Shown here piece by piece: positions 39,860-53,670 of a stretch of DNA of 64,000 nucleotides (positions are counted from its first letter, which is position 1; each line of letters opens with the position of its first letter). The translations under genes were made by a program, and so were the position numbers. The notes below the pieces were generated by a model. The model did not search any database. It was not told the origin of the DNA and worked only from the letters and a program-made list of their open reading frames with translations. Origin of the DNA: Octopus sinensis (Eukaryota); assembly GCF_006345805.1 (NCBI RefSeq), contig NC_043000.1, forward strand, positions 135,594,001-135,658,000. Reading direction: 5' to 3'.

Positions 39860-41225
39860 ACCACAGCCCATCACACCATACAATCACTCCGTTGATGAAC
39901 CCTTAGATGACTTTTAAGACCAGCTGCTGATTGACATGCGCAAAACCTCCGAATCTGGTTTGAAACATTCCCACTTGACTCCTAAGATATGCCTGAGGCA
40001 CTTTTGATGAAATCTCTCGAGTATTTTTATGTGACGTTTGTAAGTGGTCCACCTCTCACTTGAATAAAGAAGTGCCGACAATAGACACGTTTTATAGACA
40101 CTGATTTTTGTCTGCAGGAAAATACCTCTATCCGCCCAAACTCGCTTTTCTAGATTTCCAAATTCAACTCTTCCCTTCTCTATTCGATAGTATATCTCTT
40201 CATCAAGACTACCATCTCTTGACAGTGTGCTTCCAAGGTAAGCAAAGGTGTCAACGACTTCTAACCTTGTTCCATTCACAAAAAATGTTTGGTTCAGAAT
40301 ATATTTGTCCTGGCACGGGAGTAAACATTACTTTGGTTTTACCCAAAGTAATTGTGAGTCCGAAATGTAAACATGCAGTGGAAAATCTTTCCATTAAATG
40401 TTGCATATCTCCTCTGAGTGTGCCGACAAATCACCATCATCAGCATACAGTAATTTTCGAACAAGTATTTTGAGTCTTTGCTTTGCATCTAACCGGGTCA
40501 AATTGAAAATGCGACTAGATGTCCGAAATTTGATTCCGATTCTCCTGTCGCAATCCCTGAACACACACCAAATTAATGCAGCAAAATAAATAGAGAAAAG
40601 TGTAGGGACAGGAATATTTCCCGCTTTGACACCGTTATCCAACGAAAATTCATGAGATAGCTCACCATTAAAGACTACCTGAGCTTTCATGTTTCTGTGT
40701 AGTTCCTTAAAGATGCTCACAAAATGTGTTGGACAACCAAGTTATACAAAACAATCCACAATACCTCCCTGTTTACTCTGTCATTTCCTTAGTTAAATCT
40801 ATGAAGAGCTGGTAGAGTAGCATTATTCCTCTAACCATTTCTCTTGAATCTGCCTCGCAGAAAATATCATGTCCATTGTTCCTTACTCAGGTCTGAAACT
40901 ACACTTCTTCAGAAATCACATGTGGACACAAATTCTCAGCAAGACGATCTAACATGATCCTTGAAAGTATCTTCTCGGTACGTGCCAGAAGAGTTGTCCC
41001 TCTAGAATTACCACACACCGCTTTCGGGCCCTTACCCTTGCATACAGAGACTAGAATGACATTTATCCATTCTTTTGGCACAGAATATTCATTCCAAACT
41101 CGAGTTATCAGGCTATGAATTTCAGATTAAATATGATCCCCACCTGATTTCAGAATTTCAACTGGAATACCATCCAATCCAGGAGTTTTATCTGATCTCA
41201 GTTTACATAATGCCAGAAAGTTGAA
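39860..41225 (-). mobile_element. RTE-clade LINE RT fragment, duplicate copy 2
   Basis: Same motifs (ORFs 39914-40279, 40394-40720, 40899-41081, 41127-41327). Confidence 0.9.
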
Positions 41226-41656
41226 CGAAAGCAGAAAGTATGAAACGCTTGAAACAGAAGAATATGATAAGGAGAAACTAAAAGGTGCAGCATTCGATTT
41301 TTCTAACACGGAAAAGAAAAGCCACAAAATGATAATCTAATGATTGGGAACCTGGTTGTATTACTGGTACTCATGTTATTAACTCCGGATAGAGGAAATT
41401 CAAGCTCGCTGACGAAACATGAACTCAGGAAGTATTTGTATGTGAATACTATGCAAATACTATGCAAATATTCTTTTAAAAAACTTTTCTTTTAACTTTT
41501 CCAAAATTTAATTGTTTTCCATACTTACTGTTGAAAAAGTCTCAATGACTGAAACCGGTACTGAAATATTTTTTTATAAAACTATTTCAGCATATTCTAC
41601 TTTGACTTTTTTCCCATATATATCAACTCGTGTGTTTCTTTTCAACTTTCTACACA

Positions 41657-41903
<247 letters not shown>

Positions 41904-42658
41904 CCTGGCAGAAAGTTTGTTAAATATAACCGATTGTGCCCCTCACGCAACAACTTGGGAGTTATGCAAATATACAAGTTCGTGGGAAACTGAGTCTGCG
42001 ATTCAGTTTTAATTCCTACCAGGTGCTAAAATATTTTCACTCAAGTGTTAATTAATATACAAAACGTCGATCCCCTAAGGTTGTATATAGACTAAAGAAA
42101 CTCTCATAAAATATAACCAAGATAGTAATTCAGAATTTATGGCAAAGAAGTCAATATTACAAGCAAGAATTAAGGTGGCAAGCTGGCAGAACCATTCGCA
42201 CGCCGAGTAAAGTGCTTGGCAGCATTTCGCCTGTCTTTACATTATGAGTTCATCCTATACGGGTCATAAAATAAGTAGAAATGAGCACTTGGGCCGATGT
42301 AATCGGCGTATTCACTATCCCGAACTAACTGGCCTTGTGAAACCAATATTATAAACCAGAACTAAGGCGAACTTGTAGAATTGTTAGCTCACCGGTTAAA
42401 ATCCCTAGCGGCATTGCGTCCGTATGGGAAGGTGTCGGAAATGTGTAGAGAGTATGGAATTTGGAGTGAGGCGGTGGCACATGTTGTTGCAGAATGTCCC
42501 AAGTTGGAAAGTTTGTTAGAAATGGGAATTTGAAGCTTAGGTATATGGTATGATCATCAGGTCAAAAGAGCGCTGTAGTCGAAGGAATGAAAAATTTTAT
42601 GAGATTTTCCTATTCAAGCGGATAATAAGCTAAGAAAAATAGTAAGCCAGACATAACG

Positions 42659-42930
42659 CAGGAGTGGCTGTGTGGTAAGTAGCTTGCTAAACAACCACAT
42701 GGTTCCAGGTTCAGTCCCACTGCGTGGCATCTTGGGCAAGTGTCTTCTGCTATAGCCCCGGGCCGACCAATGCCTTGTGAGTGGATTTGGTAGACGGAAA
42801 CTGAAAGAAGCCTGTATATATATATATCTTGTTTTATTTATATTTCCTGAGCGCCATACTAATACAATTGTTTGTTTGTTTCCCACCTGCCTTCGTCTTT
42901 TGTCTATTTTCATAAAGCTTCCCGTTATAT

Positions 42931-42964
<34 letters not shown>

Positions 42965-43175
42965 TTGTCCCCCTAGCATTGGTTGACAACCGATGCTGGT
43001 GTGTTTACGTCCCCGTCACTTAGCGGTTCGGCAAAAGAGACCGATAGAATAAGTACTGGGCTTACAAAGAATAAGTCTCTGGGTCGATTTGCTCGACTAA
43101 AGGCGGTGCTCCAGCATGGCCGCAGTCAAATGACTGAAACAAGTAAAAGAATAAAAGAATAAAAGAATAAAGAAT
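42659..43175 (+). mobile_element. SINE family A, full length with a nested insertion
   Basis: Head and tail intact; foreign segment at 42845-42930. Confidence 0.9.
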
Positions 43176-43189
43176 AACAATAATGGTCA

Positions 43190-43560
43190 AGGAAACGCGG
43201 AGTTGATTACTAATTGATTAATAATTACTAATTAATAAACGTAATCCCTTAAAATTTGAAATTGCAAGAATTTAAAGTATGAAAACTGTAATGGCTGTTC
43301 CTGTAATAATTGGTGCATTGAGAACTGTGAGTAAAGATATCGACAAATGGTTGAAGGAGATTAGAATAGAATGTCCTGTGGAGCTTCTACAGAAAGTTTG
43401 CCTCTTAGGGATAGGAAAGATTATCAGGAAGGTTTTAAGCACTTGAAATACTATTGATAGCTTGTGGATACCTAAGGTTACAGGCAGTAACCCGTTACTC
43501 ATAAAAATTCTTCCAGGAACAAGAACGAACCTGAATCAAATCTTCAATAAAAAAAATAAT
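43190..43560 (+). mobile_element. 3' fragment of a second R4-like LINE (end of the endonuclease domain)
   Basis: NPLKFEIARI...VPVIIGALRTVSKDIDKWLKEIRIECPVELLQKVCLLGIGKIIRKVLST*. Confidence 0.65.
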
Positions 43561-43574
43561 GGTTTCGAATTTTG

Positions 43575-43880
<306 letters not shown>

Positions 43881-44432
43881 GCCCTGATGCAGTACCAGGC
43901 AGTGGCTCTCATGGCTTCTGATCTTAACTGATTGGAAGTGTTATGTACATTGTTTTGTCTTGGTATAAAAGATGGGCTACAGCAAAATATTCTGCTCAAT
44001 ACCACAGATTTGCTTGTCAGTTGTTTGACCTTAACCAGTTGAGCATGTCCCTTAGTGGCTGACGATATGTGCATCTCTGATCACGAGCAGAAGTAGTGGG
44101 GGAGCATCATAGCCATGTGTTGAGAAGGATTCTTTGGGGTTTGAATAATTCATCTCTGGAAACATGGGTGTTTCGTTCAACGTCCTTAAACAACCCTTAT
44201 TCAGGGACCTTTTGAGCGGGATGGGTTACTCGATCTGAAGAAAATTCTAACTGGGCTCCACCTGCAAGGTCATGTGCTGCTTATCTTGATATGAGATCAC
44301 CATGTCGCGCACATATGGTTGTGATGCATGTGCCTGGTGTACCCTTATCAGACGGGTAGTCATGATGGGTATACTGGGCTTCGTATATTTTACCCCAGTG
44401 TCACTTTGATGGCATGCTCTGCTCGCTCACTC
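43881..44432. mobile_element. TAA-flanked element, copy 4
   Basis: Same termini, TAA arrays on both sides. Confidence 0.8.
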
Positions 44433-44455
44433 AATAATAATAATAATAATAATAA

Positions 44456-44775
44456 TAAACCAGATATAATAATAACAGACAAGGAAAATGGAAGTTGCTT
44501 ACTAATTGATTCATCATGGCCGTCTGATTCCAGGATTGTAAACAAAAAAGATGAAAAATTAAAAATGAAAAGAAGTAAACAAAATAAAATATACAATCCC
44601 TTAAAATTTGAAACTGCGAGAATTTGGAGTGTGAAAACTATAAAGGTCGTGCCTGTAATTATTCGTGTATTAGGAACCGTGGATAATGATATAGACAAAT
44701 GGTTTGAAAGAGATCGGAGTAGAATGTCCTGTAGAACTTCTCCAGAAAGTTTGTCTCTTATGAACAGGAAAGAAC
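44456..44775 (+). mobile_element. R4-like endonuclease fragment starting at a TAA array
   Basis: KPDIIITDKENGSCLLIDSSWPSD...YNPLKFETARIWSVKTIKVVPVIIRVLG; similar to 43190-43560. Confidence 0.7.
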
Positions 44776-44779
44776 ATCA

Positions 44780-45040
44780 GAGGGCAGAGAACTTTTACAA
44801 GCATCAAAAGGATTTTTATAATCAGTGTATAGATAATTATCATGATAGACCGTTAGCTCCTACACGCATTTTTTTTCTCTCCTTGTTTCTTTTCTGTGTA
44901 TCTTTCTGTCGAAGAGCGTAGGCTCGAAACGTAAAAGACTTGTTCCATTTCTATTCCTGAGCGTCATACTAATACATTTGTTTGTTTGTACTCCACCTGC
45001 CTTCGTCTTTTGTTTATTTTCGTAAACCTTCCCGTTATAT
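44780..45040 (+). mobile_element. Probable PLE-type terminal repeat ending in (TA)n
   Basis: Carries the hammerhead-like motif. Its 3' tail (TTCCTGAGCGTCATACTAATAC...CTTCCCGTTATATA) recurs at 42845-42930. Confidence 0.5.
44901..44938 (+). ncRNA. Minimal hammerhead-like motif with an A6>U core variant
   Basis: TCTTT CTGTCGA A GAGC gtag GCTC GAAA CG TA AAAGA. Stems I and II are perfect, with palindromic ACGT and a GUA triplet. Confidence 0.6.
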
Positions 45041-45351
45041 ATATGTATATATCTATGTGCATATGTATGTATGTATGTTTAAGGGTAAAGACCCGCTTCG
45101 GTCATGAATGACCATGGGATTGCACCAAGATAGTTCTCCTCTGAGGCATAAGTCCGGGCAAGGTTGTTTATGAATGGACAGCAGTCGCCCATGCATACCA
45201 TCCTCTCCGCACCACATCACCGATGTTATCCAAGAGAAAGGCAAAGGCCGATACAGCTTGGCAGCAGTGACGTTGCAACTCATTTCTACGGCTGAGTGAA
45301 CCGAAGCAACGTGAAATAAAGTGTCTGGCTCAAGAACAATAAATATCTATA

Positions 45352-45511
45352 GCAGGAGTGGCTGTGTGGTAAGGAGCTTGCTTCCCAACCACATGGTTCC
45401 TAGTTCAGTCCCATAGCATGGGACCTTGGGCAACTGTCTTCTATAGTCACGGGCCAGCCAAAGCCTTGTGAATGGATTTGGTAGGCGGAAACTGAAAGAA
45501 GCTCGTCGTAT
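45352..45511 (+). mobile_element. SINE family A, 5' half
   Basis: Diverged head. Confidence 0.8.
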
Positions 45512-45727
45512 ATAAAAGAAATATATGAAATATGTATGTCCGATCAGTTCTGCAGGTGAGCTCTTCTCGTAAGACTGACTGAATGTAAATATATTCACTG
45601 GTTCCCACTTACAAAATACTCACAATACGCACACCCCACCACACACACACCACATCACACACTAACACACATACACACGAATACACGCCTACGTAAATAT
45701 GTGTGTATGTGTATGTGCGCGTGCATT

Positions 45728-45759
<32 letters not shown>

Positions 45760-46973
45760 CGTATGTGTATTCTTTTACTAGTTTCAGGCCCAGGTTGTGA
45801 ACATGCCGGGACATAACTATTACTAGTGGTAAATGAGGGAGTTTGATCCACTGTACTCATTTACACTTCTTGAATTGACATTGTTTCATCTGAACCAGTG
45901 ATTCTCAACCATTTTCACCTGTGGACCCCTTTAATTCCCATTTTACTCGTGTGGACCCTCACAACCATTCAATGTTTTAAAAAATCATATTATATTTTTA
46001 TAATTATATATTATTATATTTCGTTTTTGGATTTGGTTTGCAAGATTCTTTATATGAGTTCGTGTGTTGAAGCATATTCTGTTGTGTCTGGGGAGAGTCA
46101 TTTTCTTTTTTTGTCTTGTAATATAACACACTGGTAAAATTATAAGGCACAAAAGGAAAATGACTCTTCGCAGACACAACAGTATATGTTATCAGGAATT
46201 GTTTTTAAAAATTGTTAAAATATGTTGTGTATTATAGAAGTAAAGCCAATTCTTTGCAGGTATTGGAAGGTCAAGCTGTGGCAGTAACTGGAAATAAGTT
46301 TTAATAGGAAGAGTGAGATCTTCGTCACTATACAGTGTTGACCAGTTTGGTGACTGAAATAACCCTCAATTAGATCGATACTCGCAAGTGAGTATAACTT
46401 GGTGGTGTATACTATGCTTTCACTAACTGTTTATGATGCCCATGTAGCTGCGAGGAAATACAGATCTTTTTGATCTTCAACCTGAATCCAACGGACGATC
46501 CAGGGTGTGACAGTTGGTGGGAGAAAGAGCAACAGCAGTACTAGACTGCTGCACTATACTCAACCTTTTTTTCAGTTGAGTTAAATGTGGATATTTACAA
46601 TGATATATAAGATAAATAGGTAGTTTATTGAAAGTACCTTTGCTTCCGCAGCGAGGAGACCAATGGCTTAGTGAAGATTATACCAATTCCAAAGACTAGG
46701 GGAGATAATCTTAAAAATCAAGAATTCTCAATAATTGACATACCATTGAGGACAGTTTGATTGTCCGAAGACGAGAGGTCAGCTGCGAACATGTGTTTTT
46801 GCTTCGATTGGTGTCATCAAAACAGCAATCTTTCAACTTTACCTTCAGCAGATAGAACAATTAGACATATACACAAACGAACAGAACACATTCATGGCCG
46901 AGGTAATTTACATAAAAGAAACGAAAATATACACACGAACATACATATCAATGTATATATATGTGTATAGTAC

Positions 46974-47062
<89 letters not shown>

Positions 47063-47399
47063 ATAATATTAGGAAATAAATCCAAACTTACAGGGAAAAA
47101 TGAGATTTAGGATTAAATCTAATTTTATAGTATAAATATATTATATTATATATTAAATTAGAGATAAAACCACTATTAGGCAAATCAAACAGTGAAAAAC
47201 ATAAGCCAATACATAAAATATAAAAGCCAATACATTTAAAATATAAAAGTTAAAAATAAAAAAATATTTAAATAATTTAAACTTATAAATTTTATATATA
47301 TATACAAATATATATATATATGTATGTATATTTATATATTTATATATTATTTTATTAATTAATTAATTAATTAATTTATTTATTTATTTTTATTTTTAT

Positions 47400-47430
<31 letters not shown>

Positions 47431-47671
47431 ATATGTGTGTGTATATATATGTGTGTAAGTATGTTTTTCTATGTATATGTATACATACATACATACATAT
47501 ATATATATATTTTGATGGCGGGATACAAGTGTGTTTAACCGATATGCTCGTATGCCACATTAATATCAATGTATCTCATTTCGTTCACCTCCTTTTTCAA
47601 ACAGGCATTGTGATGATGGTTAAATGCCTAAACGGGCGTCAAAGTTCCATTAGTGTTGCACTTTACATTTG

Positions 47672-47738
<67 letters not shown>

Positions 47739-48109
47739 GTAGTAGTAGTAGTATAGTAGTAGTAGTAGTAGTAGTAGTAGTCTCAGTACCATGTGAGATA
47801 TTCCACTGCTACAGAGAAAAAAAAAATGTCAATACGTAATATGCAACACATTCTTTCATGACAACATATTGTTTGAAATTAGAGATCACATGTTCACCAA
47901 CCGAAGAAACGCTATATTAATTCTAGCTGGTATCTTTGTCAGCACTTATATAGCCGACGATAATTCTTTTACAGTGAGTCAAAAAATTATTTCTAGTACA
48001 TATATCTATGAACTCATACATCGTATTGGTGATTTCATGTGTATGTGTGTGTGTATGCATGTACACAAGATACATATATGCATATGTACACACACACACA
48101 CACACACAC

Positions 48110-48267
48110 AGTGGCGTGGTTGTGTGGTAAGAAGCTTGTTTACCAGCCACATAGTTCCAAGTTCAGTGTCACCGCGTGGCACCTTGGGCAAATGTCTTCT
48201 ACTATAGCCGTGGCCAAACGAAGCCTTGTGAGTGGTTTTGGTAGATGGAAACTGAAAGGAGCCCATC

Positions 48268-48304
<37 letters not shown>

Positions 48305-48310
48305 CACACA

Positions 48311-48341
<31 letters not shown>

Positions 48342-48600
48342 TACACAAACATATGTGAGTGTGCGTTTGTGTCTTTCAGTCTGTGTTTGTCCGCTACCAC
48401 CGGCTTGACAACAGTCGTTGGTGTGTTTCGTCCTCGTAACCTAGCAGTTGAGCAAAGAGATCGATAGAATAAGTTCCAGGCTGAAAAAATAAAAACATAA
48501 AAAAAGAACTGGGGTCGATTCATTAAACTAAAAATGCTTCAAAGTGGTGTTCCAGCATGGTCGCTGTCTAATAACTAAAACAAGTGAAAGATAAAAGATA
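48110..48600 (+). mobile_element. SINE family A, diverged full length
   Basis: Head, microsatellite and tail. Confidence 0.8.
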
Positions 48601-48651
48601 ATATATATATATACATTATTTACATTTGAGGGATGTTGCCCTCATCTTGTT

Positions 48652-48699
48652 AAGACAACGTTTCGGCTGATATACCTTCCAGCCTTCATCAGGTGTCTT
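48652..48699 (-). ncRNA. Minimal type I hammerhead ribozyme motif in a PLE pseudo-LTR
   Basis: Minus strand reads AAGACAC CTGATGA A GGCTG gaaggtatat CAGCC GAAA CG TT GTCTT. Core intact, one extra A after A9, palindromic ACGT stem III, GUU triplet, one mismatch in stem I. Confidence 0.7.
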
Positions 48700-48780
48700 G
48701 GGGAAATTTCGAACCTGGGTTCTCATTCCTAAGGTATTTTTCAATTTTATTATTATTATTATTATAATTATTATTCATGT

Positions 48781-48850
48781 AACTGCCTGGAATCGAACTC
48801 GTAATCTTGGGTTTAGTAGCACGCTCTCTTAAAAACTACGCCATATGCCC
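48781..48850 (-). other. tRNA-like (Pol III A/B box) head inside the inverted pseudo-LTR; partial direct copy at 49524-49570
   Basis: GGGCATATGGCGTAGT...AAGAG...GAGTTCGATTCCAGGCAG. The + copy reads TGGCGTAGTGGTTAAG and is cut before the B box. Confidence 0.7.
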
Positions 48851-49235
48851 GTGGGCAATTATGGAGTGAATTTTAGGGCTTATAATTCAAAAGTAATACA
48901 GCACTTCGCAAATATCTTCTTCGAGTGAAACCACCAGCAGAAGAGAATATGACCAAAAACTGCGTGTACTCCATCCCATGCAGCTGTGGTAGGTTATACA
49001 AAGGCGAAACATGGTAGAGGAACATCGCAAAGCTGTGACAAGAGGAGATATTGATAAATCGGGTATAGCTGATCATATATGAATAAATGAAGACCACCTC
49101 CCCCGGTGGGATGAAGTTAAAATAATAAACAGAGAACCCTACCGGAATATACAAAAACTAGAAGAAGCAGCACATATGCTAGGATACAACAACCTCCTAG
49201 GCAGACCGTGTGCAAATATGAATAGCATATGGGAA

Positions 49236-49457
49236 CTGGCAGAATCGTTAGCACGCCGGGCGAAATGCGTAGCCGTATTTCGTCTGCCGTTACGTTCTGA
49301 GTTCAAATTCCGCCGAGGTCGACTTTGTCTTTCATCGTTTCGGGGTCGATAAATTAAGTACCAGTTACGCACTGGGGTCGATGTAATCGACTTAATCCGC
49401 TTGTCTGTCCTTGTTTGTCCTCTCTGTGTTTAGCCCCTTGTGGGTAGTAAAGAAATA
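49236..49457 (+). mobile_element. SINE family B nested in the PLE ORF
   Basis: Near-consensus body interrupting the GIY-YIG remnant. Confidence 0.9.
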
Positions 49458-49574
49458 GGTATTGAGGAAGGATATGAAAATATTAGACTTATAAGCCCTA
49501 AAATTCACTCCATAATTGCCGACGGGTATATGGCGTAGTGGTTAAGAGCGCGGGCTACTAACCCCAAGATTTTT

Positions 49575-49738
49575 TTTTTTTAATGTATTAGACATTCACT
49601 AGTACAACACAAAAAAAACCCCCCAAATATATGGCACACTAGGCATAACAACAACGTGAACTTCCAACCTGTTGTCTCTTGAGGTCTCTGGGTGAGACTT
49701 GGAGCCAACTTGTACAGACTTAACGCAAAAGTCAAACA

Positions 49739-49770
<32 letters not shown>
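49575..49770 (+). mobile_element. R4/Dong 3'UTR fragment nested in the PLE pseudo-LTR
   Basis: Closely matches 33918-34080 (TGTATTAGACATTCACTAGTACAACAC...GTCAAAC) and ends in (TAA)n. Confidence 0.85.
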
Positions 49771-49774
<4 letters not shown>

Positions 49775-50940
49775 CAACAACAACATCGAAAAATACCTTA
49801 GGAATGAGAACCTAGGTTTGAAAATACCCCAAGACACCCGAAGAAGGCTGGAGAGTAAACAGGTTTGTGATATAAATAATAGCGTGTAGATGTTAGGTTG
49901 AAAACTATATAGAACAATATATGTAATAATGTGATCGTCTAAAACTCTTGAATGATGTGCCCCAGTATGGCCGCAATAAAATTCTTGTAAACGTTAGAAT
50001 GAACTTAAAAAAGTGAAAAGGAAAATAATACTCGTAAATGTCAACAAAAATTGACACAGATTCCCGTGTCTGTGCATTCTCTTATTAGAACCACTTTAAA
50101 GGTATTTATAAATGTCTATGTCAATAAACACCAAATCTTCCGGAAACAAAACCACATTAAACCTTCTTAGTATGCAAGTTGTGCTTTATGGATCTGTGAT
50201 TGTAATTGATTTCATGTTAGTCACGCTTGACTGGCATGACCTTGTAGAGGAAGCTGCGTTGACACAGCGTTCTTCTCTCTAAGCCCATCAGCTGGACAAA
50301 CAATGTACTATTTTACATCCGTTCACTTGGACGGCAGGCAAGCTTAGCAGATGATTTAAATGTGTCTTCTTTAAAAAAAAGCTAGGCTAATAACAGCTAA
50401 CAAAGTTGTTTTGCGCCTTTGTACTAAGGACCATTGTTTTTAAAACTTTCCACAAAGAAGGATAAGTTTCAAAACGTAAGACTTCTCCTCATCCTTATAG
50501 TATAAAAATGTATTCCATTGTTTGAATATAATGTTTATATAATACTTTATATTACGGACACGTGTCTGTGAAGTGCTCAGCCACTTGCACGTTAATTTCA
50601 CAAGCAAGCTGTTCCGTTGATAGTATCAGCTGGGACCCACGCCATCGTAACCGACGGAGTGCTCCTGGAGTTTGAAGAAAACGAGATTTAAATCAATGCT
50701 ATAAGAAAAAGTAATAACTTGATAAATTGAAGGTTGATCTTTAAGCGAGGAACGCATTTCTTTTTATGGTAATTGAGGTTATGCTAATAATATGCCTAAA
50801 ATTGCTTAGTTATTAGATGTTTTGGATCCCACTTCAAGAAACAACGAAAAATTTGGAGTCCCTGGGAAACCCGAAGGGGAAAGTTGCAAAAATCAAATAA
50901 AACTTTGAAGTTGAAAGTGATTTAAATGTTTTCAATGTAG

Positions 50941-51092
<152 letters not shown>

Positions 51093-53199
51093 ATACTGCC
51101 GAAACAGAAATTTAACAACTCAACCACACGTTTTAATTAGGAATTTGTTGAGGAAACCACCAAGTTTCTGAAAGATGCTACCACATATCTAGCCGTGATT
51201 AAGAAATTACCAATCTGCGTTAGATACGGGAGTTCGTATATTTCAAATGACAACCTTTTAAAAATTATTACAAAATATTAAGTAATAATAGAGTATGTTA
51301 AAATGTTTAAGTTTTTTAGATATTAAATTAATAAAAAGTGACATTAACGATATTTATGTTTACACGTACAGAATCCGTGGTCAAAATGACTACATTCAAA
51401 CATATAAAAAAAAGTGGTTCTTAAAATTGTTGCAGCGTTCTTCTGTAGATATGTACATGAATAAATATATAGAAATTATATATAATGCTTTTCATTAACA
51501 TATCTATTTTCATTGGGAAAATCCTATGTGTGTAAACCATAGTAGCTCAGCCGTTGAGATTGAGTATTATCGGGCTGGATTCGTCTTTCTTAAGAGTTTT
51601 CAGGGATCGTTTATCTCACCATCTCAGCAGTCAGAAGTTTAATTAAAAGAAAAACAAAACTGCATTGGTTCAAAGGGGCGGTAAATGATCACTGATAAGT
51701 CTTTAAAAGACGGAACAATTTTTGATAACTTCTTCATAAGAAACAATTTTATTTCTAAACACCTACCGATCCTATGCAATGTACCAGTGTGTGTATTTTT
51801 TACATATCTGGAATGGAATAGTTATTTCACTCCTGAACATATTAGGCAGACTCCAAAGTTGAAAAGCCAGTCAATCCATTATATTGAAAGGTTTCCTAAG
51901 CATTTAACATGCTCTATCACAATGACACACGGCTTCCTCTATTTTTCTTGTACCATATTTTGGATACGTACACACGTACACGGAGAAGCATGAAGTAAGA
52001 GCTGATATGGATCTCTCCTCAAAGAGTACTGGTAAATTCTATTTATCAAAAGAACAAAATTTTAAAATAATTCAGTTCACTGAAAAGATAGTACATAGGT
52101 AATTGGCACGAACAAGAAACCATAAAAGAAATAGCAAAAGCTTGCCATAGAGTACCGACAAGTTTATGACATCCCACCACGTTAATTACTCCTGTAAACT
52201 AACAAATCATACCTCATCAAATGAAGACTCAGCGTGGTTGTTCCACTACTAAACATCACTCTACTCTCTTAAAAAAAGAAATGGCATCTTGGATAATGTA
52301 GTGGTAGTCAGGTTGGAACGCCATTATTCATAGATTTACTTGTTCTGGGATTTACCTGGGGGATAAACATCAGCACTCCCACTCCCTCGCGTCTTCTCTT
52401 TTCATCTTTACAATGTTACTTGATCTCCTACAACAGTGCACAAAACACTTAGCTAGAAATTCATCCTCTAAGCTTCAACACACTGGACCTTGTCTATCTA
52501 TGTGTAACCTACATTCATCACTCTTAAACTATAATCAAATTGATAGCACACCATTTACCACGAACATTATAAATCCACCAAGAAGATAAATTTTCAATGA
52601 AATCAAGCTTCACTGGGATAATCTTATGCTAAATCGACAAAAGAAGTGGATACAACGAAATAAAACTGCTGTCAACCTAACCTAAGGGTATTTTATCTTT
52701 TTGGCTTCATCACACCCCAGTACTGTTTGAATGTTAACTCTCCACTCAAACGCTTCTTTCATAATTATCTCCCTTTACCGAATACACTAGTTTTACCATA
52801 TTTACTCCTGCCTATCTCTTAAACTTAATCTTACTTTTATCTCCATACTCACATCCACATCAATCCCCTTATATATATATCTTAAAAAATAAACCCTATT
52901 TGTGCTAATGTTATGCCTATAATTAACAGTACCCGACCAAAAAATATAAGGCGCTATGGTAAAATTAGACAACAATTAATTTGTGAATATTCAACGAGAA
53001 TCTATAACAAGTGGACACTTTCTTTTTAGGTTCTCAATTTGATGTTATGTGTTTCCGTTTCTTCTTTTAGGCATCGTATTTCTTTAAACTGATTATAGAC
53101 AGGTAGACAAAAACACCATGAGTCATTTTACACACCTGTACTTTTGTTATATTTTCGCTTCTTTCTCTCGCGCTCTCTGTCTCTCTTTCCATCTCCCTC

Positions 53200-53381
53200 T
53201 CTCCCTCCTCTCTCTCTCTCTCATTCTCTTTCTCCATACATGTATATATAGAGAGAGAGACAGACAGACAGAGATAGAGAGGGAGATTGATAGATATATA
53301 TGTATGCATATACATGTTATATATGTATGTGTGTATATATGTGTGTATATCTATCTATATCTATATATATATACATATATA

Positions 53382-53417
<36 letters not shown>

Positions 53418-53450
53418 TGTATGTATGTATATATATGTATATATATGTAT

Positions 53451-53540
<90 letters not shown>
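53200..53540. repeat. CT/GA/TATG/TA compound microsatellite
   Basis: Direct reading. Confidence 0.9.
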
Positions 53541-53541
<1 letters not shown>

Positions 53542-53639
53542 GGAGCATGTCTGCAACGGGCTTGAAAATATTTACATGCGTACATACGTTACCTATATCC
53601 ATGCATATAGTAAACCATTTATATTTATATATATGTATG

Positions 53640-53670
<31 letters not shown>

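Larger units (their letters stand above)
48620..49860 (+). mobile_element. 5'-truncated Penelope-like element: GIY-YIG remnant with an inverted 5' pseudo-LTR and a direct 3' pseudo-LTR
   Basis: 48961-49011 encodes CVYSIPCSCGRLYKGET, then after a deletion VEEHRKAV...SGIADHI*...WDEVKII...KLEEAAHM. 48620-48885 is an inverted copy of 49489-49860, apart from an insertion in the latter. Confidence 0.8.

Noticed and set aside
48781-48850. tRNA gene calls for this and the other SINE heads
   Set aside because: A and B boxes are present but acceptor stems do not close, and they are attached to repeat bodies.
51685-51993. 102-aa ORF in unique AT-rich sequence
   Set aside because: No recognisable domain or splice signals; the length is compatible with chance.
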